Below, piece by piece: positions 9,557-19,139 of a stretch of 32,000 bases of DNA. The DNA is from Crocosphaera subtropica ATCC 51142. GTDB lineage: Bacteria; Cyanobacteriota; Cyanobacteriia; Cyanobacteriales; Microcystaceae. The notes beneath the pieces are model-generated. The model had not been told where the DNA came from, made no database searches, and saw only the letters and a program-made list of their open reading frames with translations. The DNA lies in contig NC_010546.1 in NCBI RefSeq assembly GCF_000017845.1, forward strand, positions 420,001-452,000, given 5' to 3'. The position numbers were made by a program, and so were the translations under genes. How positions within the stretch are numbered: the stretch's first letter is position 1; every line of letters begins with the position of its first letter.

Positions 9557-10663
9557 TTAACGACGCACTCTACCCTTAACCGCAGCAGTTGCTCCACTAA
9601 TTAATCGTTGTAACTCATCGGGTTTAGCACTTTTAGAAATGGCTTCTTCAAAGGAAACTGCTCCGCTAACAACCAAGTTAGCTAAGGCTTGTTCCATCGT
9701 TTGCATTCCCAGTTTCATTCCTGTTTGGATCGCCGAATAAATTTGACCAGCTTTCCCTTCTCGCATTAGGTTAGCAATGGCAGGGGTTACAATCATAATT
9801 TCTTGCGCCATCGCCCGACCAAATTCACCAGGCTTCGGGTTCTTTTTCTTCGCTAAACATTGACTAAAAACAGCGATTAAAGAGTTAGATAACATCGCCC
9901 GAATTTGAGCCTGTTGATTAGCAGGAAATACGTCAACAATACGGTCAATGGTACCGGCTGCTGAATTGGTGTGTAACGTTCCAAAAACTAAGTGTCCTGT
10001 TTCTGCTGCGGTGATGGCTAAACTAATGGTTTCTAAGTCTCGCATTTCCCCAACTAAAATGATGTCCGGATCTTCCCGTAAGGAGGCTTTTAAGGCATTG
10101 GCAAAGGACTTGGTGTCTTCTCCTTTTTGTCGTTGATGAAAGAGGCTTTTAACATTAGGAAAAACGTATTCAATCGGATCTTCAACCGTTAAAATATGCT
10201 CTTGTCGAGTACGATTAATTAAGTCTAAAATCGCTGCTAAGGTGGTGGTTTTACCCGATCCGGTTTGTCCCGTCACCAACACCAAACCCCGTGGTCGTTC
10301 AGCCATTTCTCGTACAATATTGGGCAGACCTAACTGTTCAAAATTAGGAATTTTAGAAGATAAAGCCCGTAAACAAGCAGCATAACACCCCCGTTCTTTA
10401 TAAACATTCACCCGAAATCGTGCCAACCCTTTAACCCCATAGGAACAGTCTAATTCCCAGTTTTGTTCTAACTCCTTTCGTTGAGTATTATTGAGCATAC
10501 TGAAAATTAATTTTTGACTTTCTTGAGGAGAAAGGGGTTCTTCATCAATGGGGGCTAGTTTCCCACTAATGCGAAAATAAATCGGCGCACCGGCTTGAAT
10601 GTGCATATCGGAACCCCCCATTTCCACAAGTTGTTCCATTAAGTCTTCAATCATCATATCCAT
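9557..10663 (-). CDS. pilT: Type IV pilus retraction ATPase PilT
   Basis: 368 aa. Walker A GQTGSGKTT, Walker B DPDIILVGEMRD, His box TGHLVFGTLHTNSA, and a PilT signature helix AIANLMREGK (AIRNLIRE type). Confidence 0.95.
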   Translation of the reverse strand: MDMMIEDLMEQLVEMGGSDMHIQAGAPIYFRISGKLAPIDEEPLSPQESQKLIFSMLNNTQRKELEQNWELDCSYGVKGLARFRVNVYKERGCYAACLRALSSKIPNFEQLGLPNIVREMAERPRGLVLVTGQTGSGKTTTLAAILDLINRTRQEHILTVEDPIEYVFPNVKSLFHQRQKGEDTKSFANALKASLREDPDIILVGEMRDLETISLAITAAETGHLVFGTLHTNSAAGTIDRIVDVFPANQQAQIRAMLSNSLIAVFSQCLAKKKNPKPGEFGRAMAQEIMIVTPAIANLMREGKAGQIYSAIQTGMKLGMQTMEQALANLVVSGAVSFEEAISKSAKPDELQRLISGATAAVKGRVRR

Positions 10664-10699
10664 TAGATTTTGCTCCTTAAAATTGAATGAGGTTAGTAA

Positions 10700-12733
10700 T
10701 TAAGTAAATCGAGGAGTCATACAATAGGGACAGTCCATCCACTCCGGTTCAAGTCCTGCATGACAGGTTTTACACTCAAGGGAACTCTTGCGCTTGGCTT
10801 TTAATTCTGCTTCGAGTCCCGTATCTGTAAACGTCACCCGTTCCACTTCTTCAAGGGTGGTATGACCTTCTTGAACCAGTTGTAAACTGTAAGCAAGGAT
10901 GGTGATCATTCCTTCTTCGACAGCTGCTTCCTTAATGCGATCAGTGGTTGCTCCTTCGTTAATAAGGCTTTGAATCCGTTCGGTATTACGCATCACTTCA
11001 TAAACCCCAACCCGTCCCTTATAGCCACTACCGCCACATTTTTCGCACAGGGTACCATTTTGTTTGGCTTCAGTAATTTCGTCTGCGGTTAATTTATTCG
11101 CCTTATAAATAGTCATTTCATCATCATTAGAAGCCGACAAGCCAAAACGGGCTAATTCGGCTTTAGTAGGATGATAAGCAACACGACATTCACTACATAC
11201 CCGACGCATTAACCGTTGCGCTAACACCCCTAATAACGCTCCAGAAATCATAAAGGGTTCAACCCCCATTTCATCGAGACGAGCAACCGCTCCTGGTGCA
11301 TCGTTGGTGTGTAGGGTGGTTAAAACTAAGTGTCCTGTTAAGGCTGCTTCAATAGCGGTTTTTGCTGTTTCTACGTCCCTGGTTTCCCCCACCAGGATAA
11401 CGTCGGGATCTTGTCGCATGAATGCCCGTAAAATAGAGGCGAAGTTCATGCCTTTTTCTCGAATCACCTGCACCTGAGTAATACCGGGTAAAGAATATTC
11501 GATAGGATCTTCGGCAGTGCTAATATTGACCCCCGGATTATTTCTTTCAGCTAAGACAGAATACAAACTGGTAGATTTACCCGAACCCGTTGGTCCAGTG
11601 ACGAGAAAGAGGCCAAACGGACGACTCGCCAAGTCTCGTACAATTTGTAAGGTTTCTTGGTTGGTAATGAGTTTATCTAAGCCTAATTGAGTGGCCGAGT
11701 TATCTAAGATCCGTAAACAGACTTTTTCTCCATACCGACTGGGTAAGGTATTAACCCGAAAATCCACTTTTCGACCTTGATAAATGCGTCGAATCTTACC
11801 ATCTTGAGGAAGACGACGTTCGGCAATATCGAGGTCCGCCATAATTTTAAACCGTGCTACTACCGCCGGGGTGACTTTTCGGGGTAGGGGATCAAAGGCT
11901 TGTTGCAGTACCCCATCTTTACGGAAACGAATTCTTAAGGTTTCTTCTTGGGGTTCAACATGAATGTCGGAAGTGCCTTCTTGGAGAGCTTTGGCGAGGA
12001 TTTTATTGACTAAGTTAATAATGGGTGCTTGATCAGCATCATTGGAGTCTAAGGCATCGTGACTTTCATCTTCGGCATCAGAGATGCTGGCATCTAGGTT
12101 ACCAACGATGGCTGTCAGATCAGCCATTTTATTCATGGCCGCCTCTTGTTTGAGACGTTCATTTTCTGCATCAATCTCCCCTTGAAGTTCATGATACTGT
12201 TCTAATAAGCGATCATAATCTTCTTGGGTAATGACCATGCGCCGTAACTCTAGGTTTTTCGCCCTCAAAATACGGTTTAAGTCATCTTGGGCTGCTAGGT
12301 TATCGGGGTCAACCATCGCCACTAACACGGAAGGGGGTTCCCCGCCATGTTGAGATAAAGGTAAAATTCTATGGCGACGACAAATATCAAAAGAAATTAA
12401 TGAATTGATTAATTCAGCCATCTGGCGATCCGCGACAGGAGAGACTTCGGGATCGATAGAGTCGACACCATAAAGGATTTTCAGTTCAAATAAATGATGT
12501 TTTTTATATTGTCGTAATAAATCGGGGGATAAGGGTTCCCCAGTCATCACCTGTAACACTTCAGTTAAAGGACGACCGCTTTTACGGGTTTCGACTAGGG
12601 CTTGTTTCATCTGATCCGGGCCTACATAACCCGCTTCGATCAGTTTGTTGCCAAAGGGTGAAAAGTAATTACGCAGGGCAACCGCCCGACTGCGTTTGGA
12701 AGAAGACAAATTGGAAGAAGACAAAGAGGACAT
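10700..12733 (-). CDS. pilB: Type IV pilus extension ATPase PilB (GspE family) with an extra C-terminal Cys4 tail
   Basis: 677 aa. N-terminal GspE-N/MshEN-like domain (FGNKLIEAGYVGPDQMKQALVE), Walker A GPTGSGKST, Walker B DPDVILVGETRD, His box TGHLVLTTLHTNDA, and the family tetracysteine CSEC...CEKC. There is an additional terminal CKTC-x10-CPYC. Confidence 0.95.
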   Translation of the reverse strand: MSSLSSSNLSSSKRSRAVALRNYFSPFGNKLIEAGYVGPDQMKQALVETRKSGRPLTEVLQVMTGEPLSPDLLRQYKKHHLFELKILYGVDSIDPEVSPVADRQMAELINSLISFDICRRHRILPLSQHGGEPPSVLVAMVDPDNLAAQDDLNRILRAKNLELRRMVITQEDYDRLLEQYHELQGEIDAENERLKQEAAMNKMADLTAIVGNLDASISDAEDESHDALDSNDADQAPIINLVNKILAKALQEGTSDIHVEPQEETLRIRFRKDGVLQQAFDPLPRKVTPAVVARFKIMADLDIAERRLPQDGKIRRIYQGRKVDFRVNTLPSRYGEKVCLRILDNSATQLGLDKLITNQETLQIVRDLASRPFGLFLVTGPTGSGKSTSLYSVLAERNNPGVNISTAEDPIEYSLPGITQVQVIREKGMNFASILRAFMRQDPDVILVGETRDVETAKTAIEAALTGHLVLTTLHTNDAPGAVARLDEMGVEPFMISGALLGVLAQRLMRRVCSECRVAYHPTKAELARFGLSASNDDEMTIYKANKLTADEITEAKQNGTLCEKCGGSGYKGRVGVYEVMRNTERIQSLINEGATTDRIKEAAVEEGMITILAYSLQLVQEGHTTLEEVERVTFTDTGLEAELKAKRKSSLECKTCHAGLEPEWMDCPYCMTPRFT

Positions 12734-12813
12734 AAGGCAGTAGTTATAAGCTGCTTACCTCGTTATTATTCCCAAAGCTGTGATCGAAATTACCATCTTA
12801 GAAAAAAATATTT

Positions 12814-13008
12814 TTAACCAACAATCACATAGGCGCACCGCAAAGCGGATCTCTCCGAGATCGCTGTTGTTAGAAAAATTGTTTCTTTTTGTTTAAAAAT
12901 AAATTCACTATAATCAGCGATGTTATCCAGTCCAATTAAATTGAGTACAATTTCACTTGTTATCCAAACAGAGGTTTGTATCAGTAGTTTTTTCCAAGAA
13001 ATTTTCAT
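12814..13008 (-). CDS. Candidate small protein (64 aa) in the kaiC-pilB spacer
   Basis: The ORF is co-oriented with kaiC and pilB, and AGGGA lies about 9 nt upstream of the ATG. The N-terminal half looks protein-like (MKISWKKLLIQTSVWITSEIVLNLIGLDNIADYSEFIF). The C-terminal half runs through short GC hairpins. There is no independent support. Confidence 0.3.
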   Translation of the reverse strand: MKISWKKLLIQTSVWITSEIVLNLIGLDNIADYSEFIFKQKETIFLTTAISERSALRCAYVIVG

Positions 13009-13191
13009 TGTTTTATCCCTACCATCAGACCTATTATCGGAATTGCTTACACTTTACGGTAGCTTCAATATGGGGATTATGTCAGTCCCAAAACTATTAG
13101 AATTTTAATCGATTTCTTCTTTTATTTTTTAAGATTAAAATAGAAACAAAAAGAAATTACGGTAAAAATAGCCTAAGTTAATCTATTCATG

Positions 13192-13226
13192 AAAAAAAGG
13201 GATGACTGATGTCAATCCCTTTTTTA
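13192..13226 (-). terminator. Intrinsic terminator after kaiC (bidirectional type)
   Basis: The stem is AAGGGAT-GAC / GTC-(A)-ATCCCTT with loop TGAT. It is flanked by A7 on the plus-strand 5' side and T6 on the 3' side. On the minus strand it begins about 25 nt after the kaiC stop and is followed by T7. Confidence 0.75.
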
Positions 13227-13247
13227 CAAAATTTGTCAATGTCTCAA

Positions 13248-14807
13248 TTACTCTTCTGTTTTATCTTTTACCCCTCGAACAATACGGGATAATTCGCTTT
13301 TCTCATCTACCGTAATGCGACTGGGAGAACCACTAATAATCCGTTCGTAATTACGGAAGGAATCTTGAATGATAGGACCATCTTGATTGATCATGTATTC
13401 TCGAATGCCTTTATCATGCCATGATCCTCGCATTTTAAACACATTAATCGCCCGTGACATTTCTCCACGAATTTCTACATATTGCAACATTAAAATAGTG
13501 TCTGTAATGGTAGAAATATGGGATTCAGTGATAGAGTGGGCCCCCATAAATTGGTCAGTTGTATTGGTAAAGAACCCAGTAATTTCTTCTTGTTTAGCGT
13601 ATCCTGTCACTCCAATCACGAATTGACGGAACGCATTATTAGTAACCCCTCTAGCTAAAGCAGATAAAGAATCAATAGCAATTCTAGAAGGTTTGAATTC
13701 CGAAATTTCTGACTTAATAATTTGTAAATGGTCTTCAAGACCAGCAGATTCGGGATAGGTACATAATAGTTTTAAGAGTCCTTTTCTCTCCATTTCTTCA
13801 AAGTCAATACCCCAAGAAAAGGCATTCCGAGATAATTGGGCCCTAGACTCTTCGTAGGCGAATAAAATTGCTCTTTCTCCTTGACGACAACCCTCTTCTA
13901 AAAACTTACTCACTAATAAAGTTTTGCCCGTTCCAGTTGCTCCTGTGGCTAAAATAATAGAGTCTTTAAAGAACCCTCCCCCACACATTTCATCTAAGGT
14001 TTCAACACCCGAAGAAATTCGAGCATTGGATGATCGTTGTGTTAATCTCATCGCCCCCAATGGGAAGATATTAATGCCATCATTGGTAATAGTAAAAGGA
14101 TATTCTCCTTTCATGTGGGTTGTTCCCCGTAACTTGAGAATTTCAATGGTACGACGACGACGTTCCCCTTCCAATACATTGCGGAGGATAAGAACATTAT
14201 CAGAAACGAATTCTTCGACTCCAAAACGAGCAATTTGTCCATATTCTTCTACCCGTTCTGTGGTTAAAATCGAGGTAACCCCTAACTGTTTTAAACGGGC
14301 AACCAGGCGAAAAATTTCCCGTCTCACCACAGATGCAGCATCGTATTGTTGAAAAACTGCAGTCACAGAATCAATCGAGACTAGCTTAGCTTTGTATTTA
14401 TGAATAGCGTATTGTATCCGTTCAATTAAAGCGGACAAATCAAAATTTCCTACCACTTCTTGTCCTTCGGGATCAGGGGACGCATCCAAAATAAACAATT
14501 GACCTTCATCGATTAATTTTTGTAAATCCCAACCAAAACTATAGGCATTTTCAATAATATCATGGGGGGATTCCTCAAAGGTAACAAATAGTCCAGGATA
14601 ATCAAAATATTTAATACCATGATATAAAAATTGCACAGCTAAAAGGGTTTTTCCTGTTCCCGATGTTCCACTGGCTAATGTTGTTCTTCCTAAAGGTAAT
14701 CCTCCATGGGTAATTTCGTCTAATCCTTCAATCATTGTCCGAATTTTGCGAACACCTTTAGGGGCTAATGGTTGTGGTTGATTTTCACGGGGAAGAGGTT
14801 GATTCAT
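13248..14807 (-). CDS. kaiC: Circadian clock protein KaiC
   Basis: 519 aa with duplicated RecA-like halves. Walker A motifs GTSGTGKT and GATGTGKT, catalytic EE pairs (FVTFEES, LFAYEES), and the phosphosite segment HISTITDTILMLQYVEIRGEMSRAINVFKMRGSWHDKGIREY. A C-terminal tail is present. Confidence 0.98.
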   Translation of the reverse strand: MNQPLPRENQPQPLAPKGVRKIRTMIEGLDEITHGGLPLGRTTLASGTSGTGKTLLAVQFLYHGIKYFDYPGLFVTFEESPHDIIENAYSFGWDLQKLIDEGQLFILDASPDPEGQEVVGNFDLSALIERIQYAIHKYKAKLVSIDSVTAVFQQYDAASVVRREIFRLVARLKQLGVTSILTTERVEEYGQIARFGVEEFVSDNVLILRNVLEGERRRRTIEILKLRGTTHMKGEYPFTITNDGINIFPLGAMRLTQRSSNARISSGVETLDEMCGGGFFKDSIILATGATGTGKTLLVSKFLEEGCRQGERAILFAYEESRAQLSRNAFSWGIDFEEMERKGLLKLLCTYPESAGLEDHLQIIKSEISEFKPSRIAIDSLSALARGVTNNAFRQFVIGVTGYAKQEEITGFFTNTTDQFMGAHSITESHISTITDTILMLQYVEIRGEMSRAINVFKMRGSWHDKGIREYMINQDGPIIQDSFRNYERIISGSPSRITVDEKSELSRIVRGVKDKTEE

Positions 14808-14899
14808 GACTGCTTTATAATCGTTTTATAATTAACTTAAAAGTGTGATAGTTTATGGAAAATTGAAAGCGAAACCTTGAATCGAATCGGACTATTTTT

Positions 14900-15220
14900 T
14901 TAGGGATCGTTTTCCCGTTCTTTGATTTCTTCATAGAGAAGATCCAAGCCAATTAAGACCTTTTCCCTATCGGAAAGATCCCCAATAATTTTACGGACAG
15001 GAGGGGGTAAAATTTTAGCTAAGGTTGGGGTAGCTAAAATTTTATCTTCCTCGGCCAGTTGTGGATTTTTCAAAACATCAATAACTTTCAAGGCATACAC
15101 CCCTTTAAATTCATCTTCGAGAATATTTTTTAAGGTTTTTAAAGCTCGCACGGAATTAGGGGTATTACCAGCGACGTAGAGTTTGAGAACATAGGTTTTT
15201 TTGAAGTCAATCATGGCCAT
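14900..15220 (-). CDS. kaiB: Circadian clock protein KaiB
   Basis: 106 aa. The sequence [90 protein letters not shown] is canonical KaiB. The ATG at 15214 is an alternative start. Confidence 0.97.
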   Translation of the reverse strand: MAMIDFKKTYVLKLYVAGNTPNSVRALKTLKNILEDEFKGVYALKVIDVLKNPQLAEEDKILATPTLAKILPPPVRKIIGDLSDREKVLIGLDLLYEEIKERENDP

Positions 15221-15306
15221 CTATAAAGGAGGATCATCTGAAAACATATCTAGGGTTTAAGCACAATAAGATTGATCTTAGTAATATTGTATAATGTTTG
15301 ACTACT

Positions 15307-16203
15307 TTAATCGATTTGATTTAATAAATCAAAAAGTAAATCCCCTCTGGGAATGCAACGGCGATACATTTCTCCCAAATGAGCCAAAATGTCAATAATG
15401 GTTAAGCGATAGTCTAAAAGAATTTCTTCACTTCGTCCTTCTAATTTCAGTTGCTGAGAAAATTCGTCCATCAATTCCATATGAATTTCTAACACCCGAG
15501 AAACGGAAATATCGGCGAAGAAAGCTTGATTAACAAATTGATCAATAGCTTGATTTACCTCTGAATCTTCGTCAAAATAATTTAAAATTATTTCTCGATA
15601 ATTTGCCATTAATTCTTTCAGTAATTCTCGTTTATCCTCTGGAGAAAGATTACGATAAAAATACTTAGGATTGCGCTTATAATAAACTCCCAAATAACCT
15701 AATCTTTCTTTTAGTTTTTCGGCTAAACGACGCTGTTGCAGGAGCAAAAAACTTTGGTTTTTTTCTGTACCGATGTCCCGTTGAGAAGACAGGGATTGAT
15801 CCGTTAGAAAACAACTCGGTCCTAGATGTAAAAACTTGGTAATGGCACGATCAATGGTTACTTGAATCTCATCCAATTCCTTAACCCGATAACGCACTTC
15901 AGCACTATGATATAAAAACGTGGGAGGTTCAACATTGTCCGAAGATTCTACCTTGTCCTCAAAAATAATAACGGGTACGAGGGTTCCTTGTTCATAGAGT
16001 TGATTGAATAGGGGGAGAATAGAGGGTTCCTGTTTAACAATCAGACAATCTATGGTTTCACTATGATCTTCCAAGAAAGGCACCAAGTCTTCGAGTTGAT
16101 CGATAATATGTAAACGATAGCGATCGCCACTCAGATGATGGGTCAATAACTGGGTGAGATGTTCATCGCTGCTATAAAGACAAATTGAGAGTCGGGTTTG
16201 CAA
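15307..16203 (-). CDS. kaiA: Circadian clock protein KaiA (full length)
   Basis: 298 aa. N-terminal pseudo-receiver plus the C-terminal KaiA domain VLEIHMELMDEFSQQLKLEGRSEEILLDYRLTIIDILAHLGEMYRR. Confidence 0.96.
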   Translation of the reverse strand: MQTRLSICLYSSDEHLTQLLTHHLSGDRYRLHIIDQLEDLVPFLEDHSETIDCLIVKQEPSILPLFNQLYEQGTLVPVIIFEDKVESSDNVEPPTFLYHSAEVRYRVKELDEIQVTIDRAITKFLHLGPSCFLTDQSLSSQRDIGTEKNQSFLLLQQRRLAEKLKERLGYLGVYYKRNPKYFYRNLSPEDKRELLKELMANYREIILNYFDEDSEVNQAIDQFVNQAFFADISVSRVLEIHMELMDEFSQQLKLEGRSEEILLDYRLTIIDILAHLGEMYRRCIPRGDLLFDLLNQID

Positions 16204-16318
16204 TGGTCTGTGGATAGATAAAAATCAAGAATGAGAGTACAACTCCTCTATAAGAAGTTAGCATAAATGTCTCTAGCTTGTAATTACATGGGTAAAATCT
16301 CTAGCGTTTACCAAACGA

Positions 16319-17236
16319 TTAATCGAGTCCGTGGATTACTAACTCATAATAGTCCTGATGAATGGCCTCTAAGGCCTGATATAATCCCTCTGAATGTATC
16401 CATCCCACAAACCCAGAATATAAACATTCTTGTTGTTCATTAGCGATAAAAACATGAAGAATATTCAAAGGATTTTTCCATAATTTAATGGAAATTCCCC
16501 GTTCAAAATTTAGGTAAGATTTGGCTTTTTCAAAATCTCTCGGATGGCCATCGGTCATCCCAGGAATTAATTGCAGTCTTTCGATCAAAACTGTAGGAAA
16601 GTCTTTTTCAAATAAGGCGGGGGTTGGAGAGGTTTTCCAAAATTTTTGAATGACATCTACTAAAACAGGATGATTCTTTAATTGACTATGGGAAATATTC
16701 GGTAAACAAACGAAATGACTATAGGATAATTTGGTTGATGAAATAGGAATAGTCCCATCACTACCATTATCTGTATTACCGGCAATGACTAAGGTAGGAA
16801 CAATTTTAGTGATTCTATCTGCTTTCAATCGGCGATTTTTTCCTAAGTCTGAAGCAATACCAACCCCAATGGCTAACGGATCAATAATTCTGGCTAAATC
16901 TGCCCCACCGACGGGAGATGCAATTAAAACTAAAGAATGTATTTTTTCCCACCATTGAGGATTTTGATGCAACACTTCTAGCCAAATTAACCCCCCCATT
17001 GAATGGCCAATAATTCGCCAGGGAGTTTGGGGATATTTGTTACTAATTTCTTCGGCTTTTTGGCTGACTATTTCAATTAATGGATCGATACTTAACCAAG
17101 TTTTTACCCACCCCAAATTAGGAGTCATAATAATCGTTTTTTCTTGGGCTAATGTGGTAGCTAGTTGACTTATTTCTTCATTAGTATCAGCCCACCCATG
17201 TTGAGCAAAAAGAATAAATTCAGGAATATCATTCAT
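16319..17236 (-). CDS. Alpha/beta-fold hydrolase
   Basis: 305 aa. Nucleophile elbow GHSMGG, a HGW oxyanion-type motif near the N-terminus (FAQHGWADT), and a downstream Asp/His (GNTDNGSDG, ISHSQL). It starts 16 nt after purN ends, so it is probably co-transcribed with it. Confidence 0.8.
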   Translation of the reverse strand: MNDIPEFILFAQHGWADTNEEISQLATTLAQEKTIIMTPNLGWVKTWLSIDPLIEIVSQKAEEISNKYPQTPWRIIGHSMGGLIWLEVLHQNPQWWEKIHSLVLIASPVGGADLARIIDPLAIGVGIASDLGKNRRLKADRITKIVPTLVIAGNTDNGSDGTIPISSTKLSYSHFVCLPNISHSQLKNHPVLVDVIQKFWKTSPTPALFEKDFPTVLIERLQLIPGMTDGHPRDFEKAKSYLNFERGISIKLWKNPLNILHVFIANEQQECLYSGFVGWIHSEGLYQALEAIHQDYYELVIHGLD

Positions 17237-17252
17237 AGTTTATTGATTGAGG

Positions 17253-17891
17253 TTAAGGATATTTTTTGGCAGCTAAGGCAATAGCAAGGGGGAAAATTTT
17301 ATGTTCTTGGATTTGGATTCTAGCGTGTAATGTTTCTGGAGTATCATCCTGTAAAATGGGAACAGCAGCTTGTAATAAAATAGGACCGCTGTCGACTTCT
17401 AAACTGGCTAGATGAACGGTACATCCTGTGATTTTAACCCCTGCTTCTAATGCCTGTTCTACAGCTTTAATTCCCTTAAAACTGGGTAATAAACTAGGAT
17501 GAATATTGATAACGTGGTTGGGAAATGCTCCTAGCAATACAGGGGTAACAATTCTCATCCAACCTGCCATAATTACCCAATTAATATTATAAGATTTAAA
17601 CAGATCCACAATAGCTTGATCGAGGTCTTCTCGACGTTTAAAGTGTCGATGATTGAGGAGTTTGGATTCAATATTGAAGGCTGCTGCTTTTTCTTGAACT
17701 TTGGCTTGGGGATTATTATAAATTAAAAGGGGGATTTTGGCGTTTAATTCTTGTTGCTTAATAGCATCAGCGATCGCTTCAAAGTTGGTCCCACTTCCTG
17801 ATGCTAATATACCTAATTTTAATGGGGTTTCTAGTTTCAGGTCTTCACTAGATACTTGAGGAGAAATAAAACTAGGAGTGAGATTTTCCAT
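17253..17891 (-). CDS. purN: Phosphoribosylglycinamide formyltransferase
   Basis: 212 aa. Motifs LGILASGSGTNFEAI, INIHPSLLPSFKG and EVDSGPIL are PurN hallmarks. There is a roughly 24-aa N-terminal extension. Confidence 0.93.
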   Translation of the reverse strand: MENLTPSFISPQVSSEDLKLETPLKLGILASGSGTNFEAIADAIKQQELNAKIPLLIYNNPQAKVQEKAAAFNIESKLLNHRHFKRREDLDQAIVDLFKSYNINWVIMAGWMRIVTPVLLGAFPNHVINIHPSLLPSFKGIKAVEQALEAGVKITGCTVHLASLEVDSGPILLQAAVPILQDDTPETLHARIQIQEHKIFPLAIALAAKKYP

Positions 17892-18064
17892 AATTGGATA
17901 TTGTTTGAAATTGAGTTCTCTTAACTAATCATACCATCATTGTTTCTCTTATTTTGCTCTTGATGTACATTTTGAAAAATCATAATACCTACTCAAACAT
18001 TCGGTCAATAAAAAGAGTTAACTTAAGATAATTTTGAAGCACTCTAAGGATTAGATTTTCGTTT

Positions 18065-19099
18065 TTATTCTTGTTGCTTAACTTGTGTTTTTATCATTTT
18101 TTTAACAGCAGGAATAATCGGATTTATCTCATAAGTTGGTTTTTGTCGTCCCTCAATATAAGCTTGTTGTTCTTGTTCTATCATGATGATATCTTGCCTC
18201 ACTAATCCATCTAACATCCTTTGTGCAGTTCCCCAGAGTTTATCTTTTATAAATTGTCGAAACCATCTCGGTAATTTATGTAATCTCCAAAAGGCATTTA
18301 AAGAAGTAAAATGAATTAAATAAGCTTTGGTATGAGTTAGACTAATGGGACAAAATAAACAATAAAGGGTAAAATATTCCCCTAGGGTTGATTGCCAATG
18401 GGGATAACAATAACTCACCATTAAAGGTTGGAAATGCAAAGAACGGAACTGAGGAAAAAATAATTGAAAAATAGACCAAATTTTGTCAATTTTATAATAA
18501 CTTTTAGCATCATAAACTCCCTTAACTGCTTCTTCGGTAGTGGTTAATTCTTTTAATTTTGCTTCTGTCCAGGCTTGATAATCGTTATGAAGATGGCCAT
18601 GATACATATCCATTAAATTTTCAATCAGAAAGGAAAAATGAGCCTGACAATCGATGAATGAAACCGTTCCAATATAATTGAGATGTTCCCATTCAGGAAT
18701 CCTTATCGGTTTGAATGTTGGTGATTCTAGAAGTTGTTTATTTCCTAAAAATATCCAAATAAAGCCATCGGATTCTTCTAGCGGATAAACGTTAATTTTA
18801 CACTGTGGTAACCCTTGATTGTCTGATAAATAAGGGATATAACTGCACATTCCTTGCCTATCAAATCGCCATCCATGATAAGCACATTCTAAATTATTTT
18901 CAACTACCTTACCCTCACTTAGTTTAACCTGACGATGGGGACAACGATTTTCTAATCCATGAATCTTCCCTTGACTATCTCGATAAAGTACAATGGAATG
19001 ATACCATAACCTAACTTCTATCGGTTTTGTGGTCACTTCGGTACTTTGTGCTACTACATACCAATGGTTTAAATTAATGTTGCAAGTTCTAATATCCAT
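18065..19099 (-). CDS. Rieske [2Fe-2S] non-heme iron oxygenase (PaO/LLS1/Tic55-like)
   Basis: 344 aa. Rieske motif CPHRQ-x14-CAYHGW and mononuclear iron motif ENLMDMYHGHLH (E-x3-D-x2-H-x4-H type). Confidence 0.88.
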   Translation of the reverse strand: MDIRTCNINLNHWYVVAQSTEVTTKPIEVRLWYHSIVLYRDSQGKIHGLENRCPHRQVKLSEGKVVENNLECAYHGWRFDRQGMCSYIPYLSDNQGLPQCKINVYPLEESDGFIWIFLGNKQLLESPTFKPIRIPEWEHLNYIGTVSFIDCQAHFSFLIENLMDMYHGHLHNDYQAWTEAKLKELTTTEEAVKGVYDAKSYYKIDKIWSIFQLFFPQFRSLHFQPLMVSYCYPHWQSTLGEYFTLYCLFCPISLTHTKAYLIHFTSLNAFWRLHKLPRWFRQFIKDKLWGTAQRMLDGLVRQDIIMIEQEQQAYIEGRQKPTYEINPIIPAVKKMIKTQVKQQE

Positions 19100-19139
19100 G
19101 ATTCCAAGCAGTATTAAACAATTGAACTTACTATAAAAT

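Noticed and set aside
10746-10756. GGTTCAAGTCC, a tRNA T-loop-like string. A similar GGTTCAAGTC occurs at 5254-5263.
   Set aside because: The flanking bases do not form a T-stem, and no acceptor or anticodon arms can be drawn. Both copies lie inside well-supported CDSs (pilB and the NFACT gene). They are chance matches.
12920-13108. 62-aa plus-strand ORF in the kaiC-pilB spacer.
   Set aside because: It is antisense to the surrounding minus-strand transcription units and has no SD. Its composition is Ile/Leu/Ser/Phe-rich, as expected from AT-rich non-coding DNA. The minus-strand 64-aa ORF is the better candidate, though still weak.
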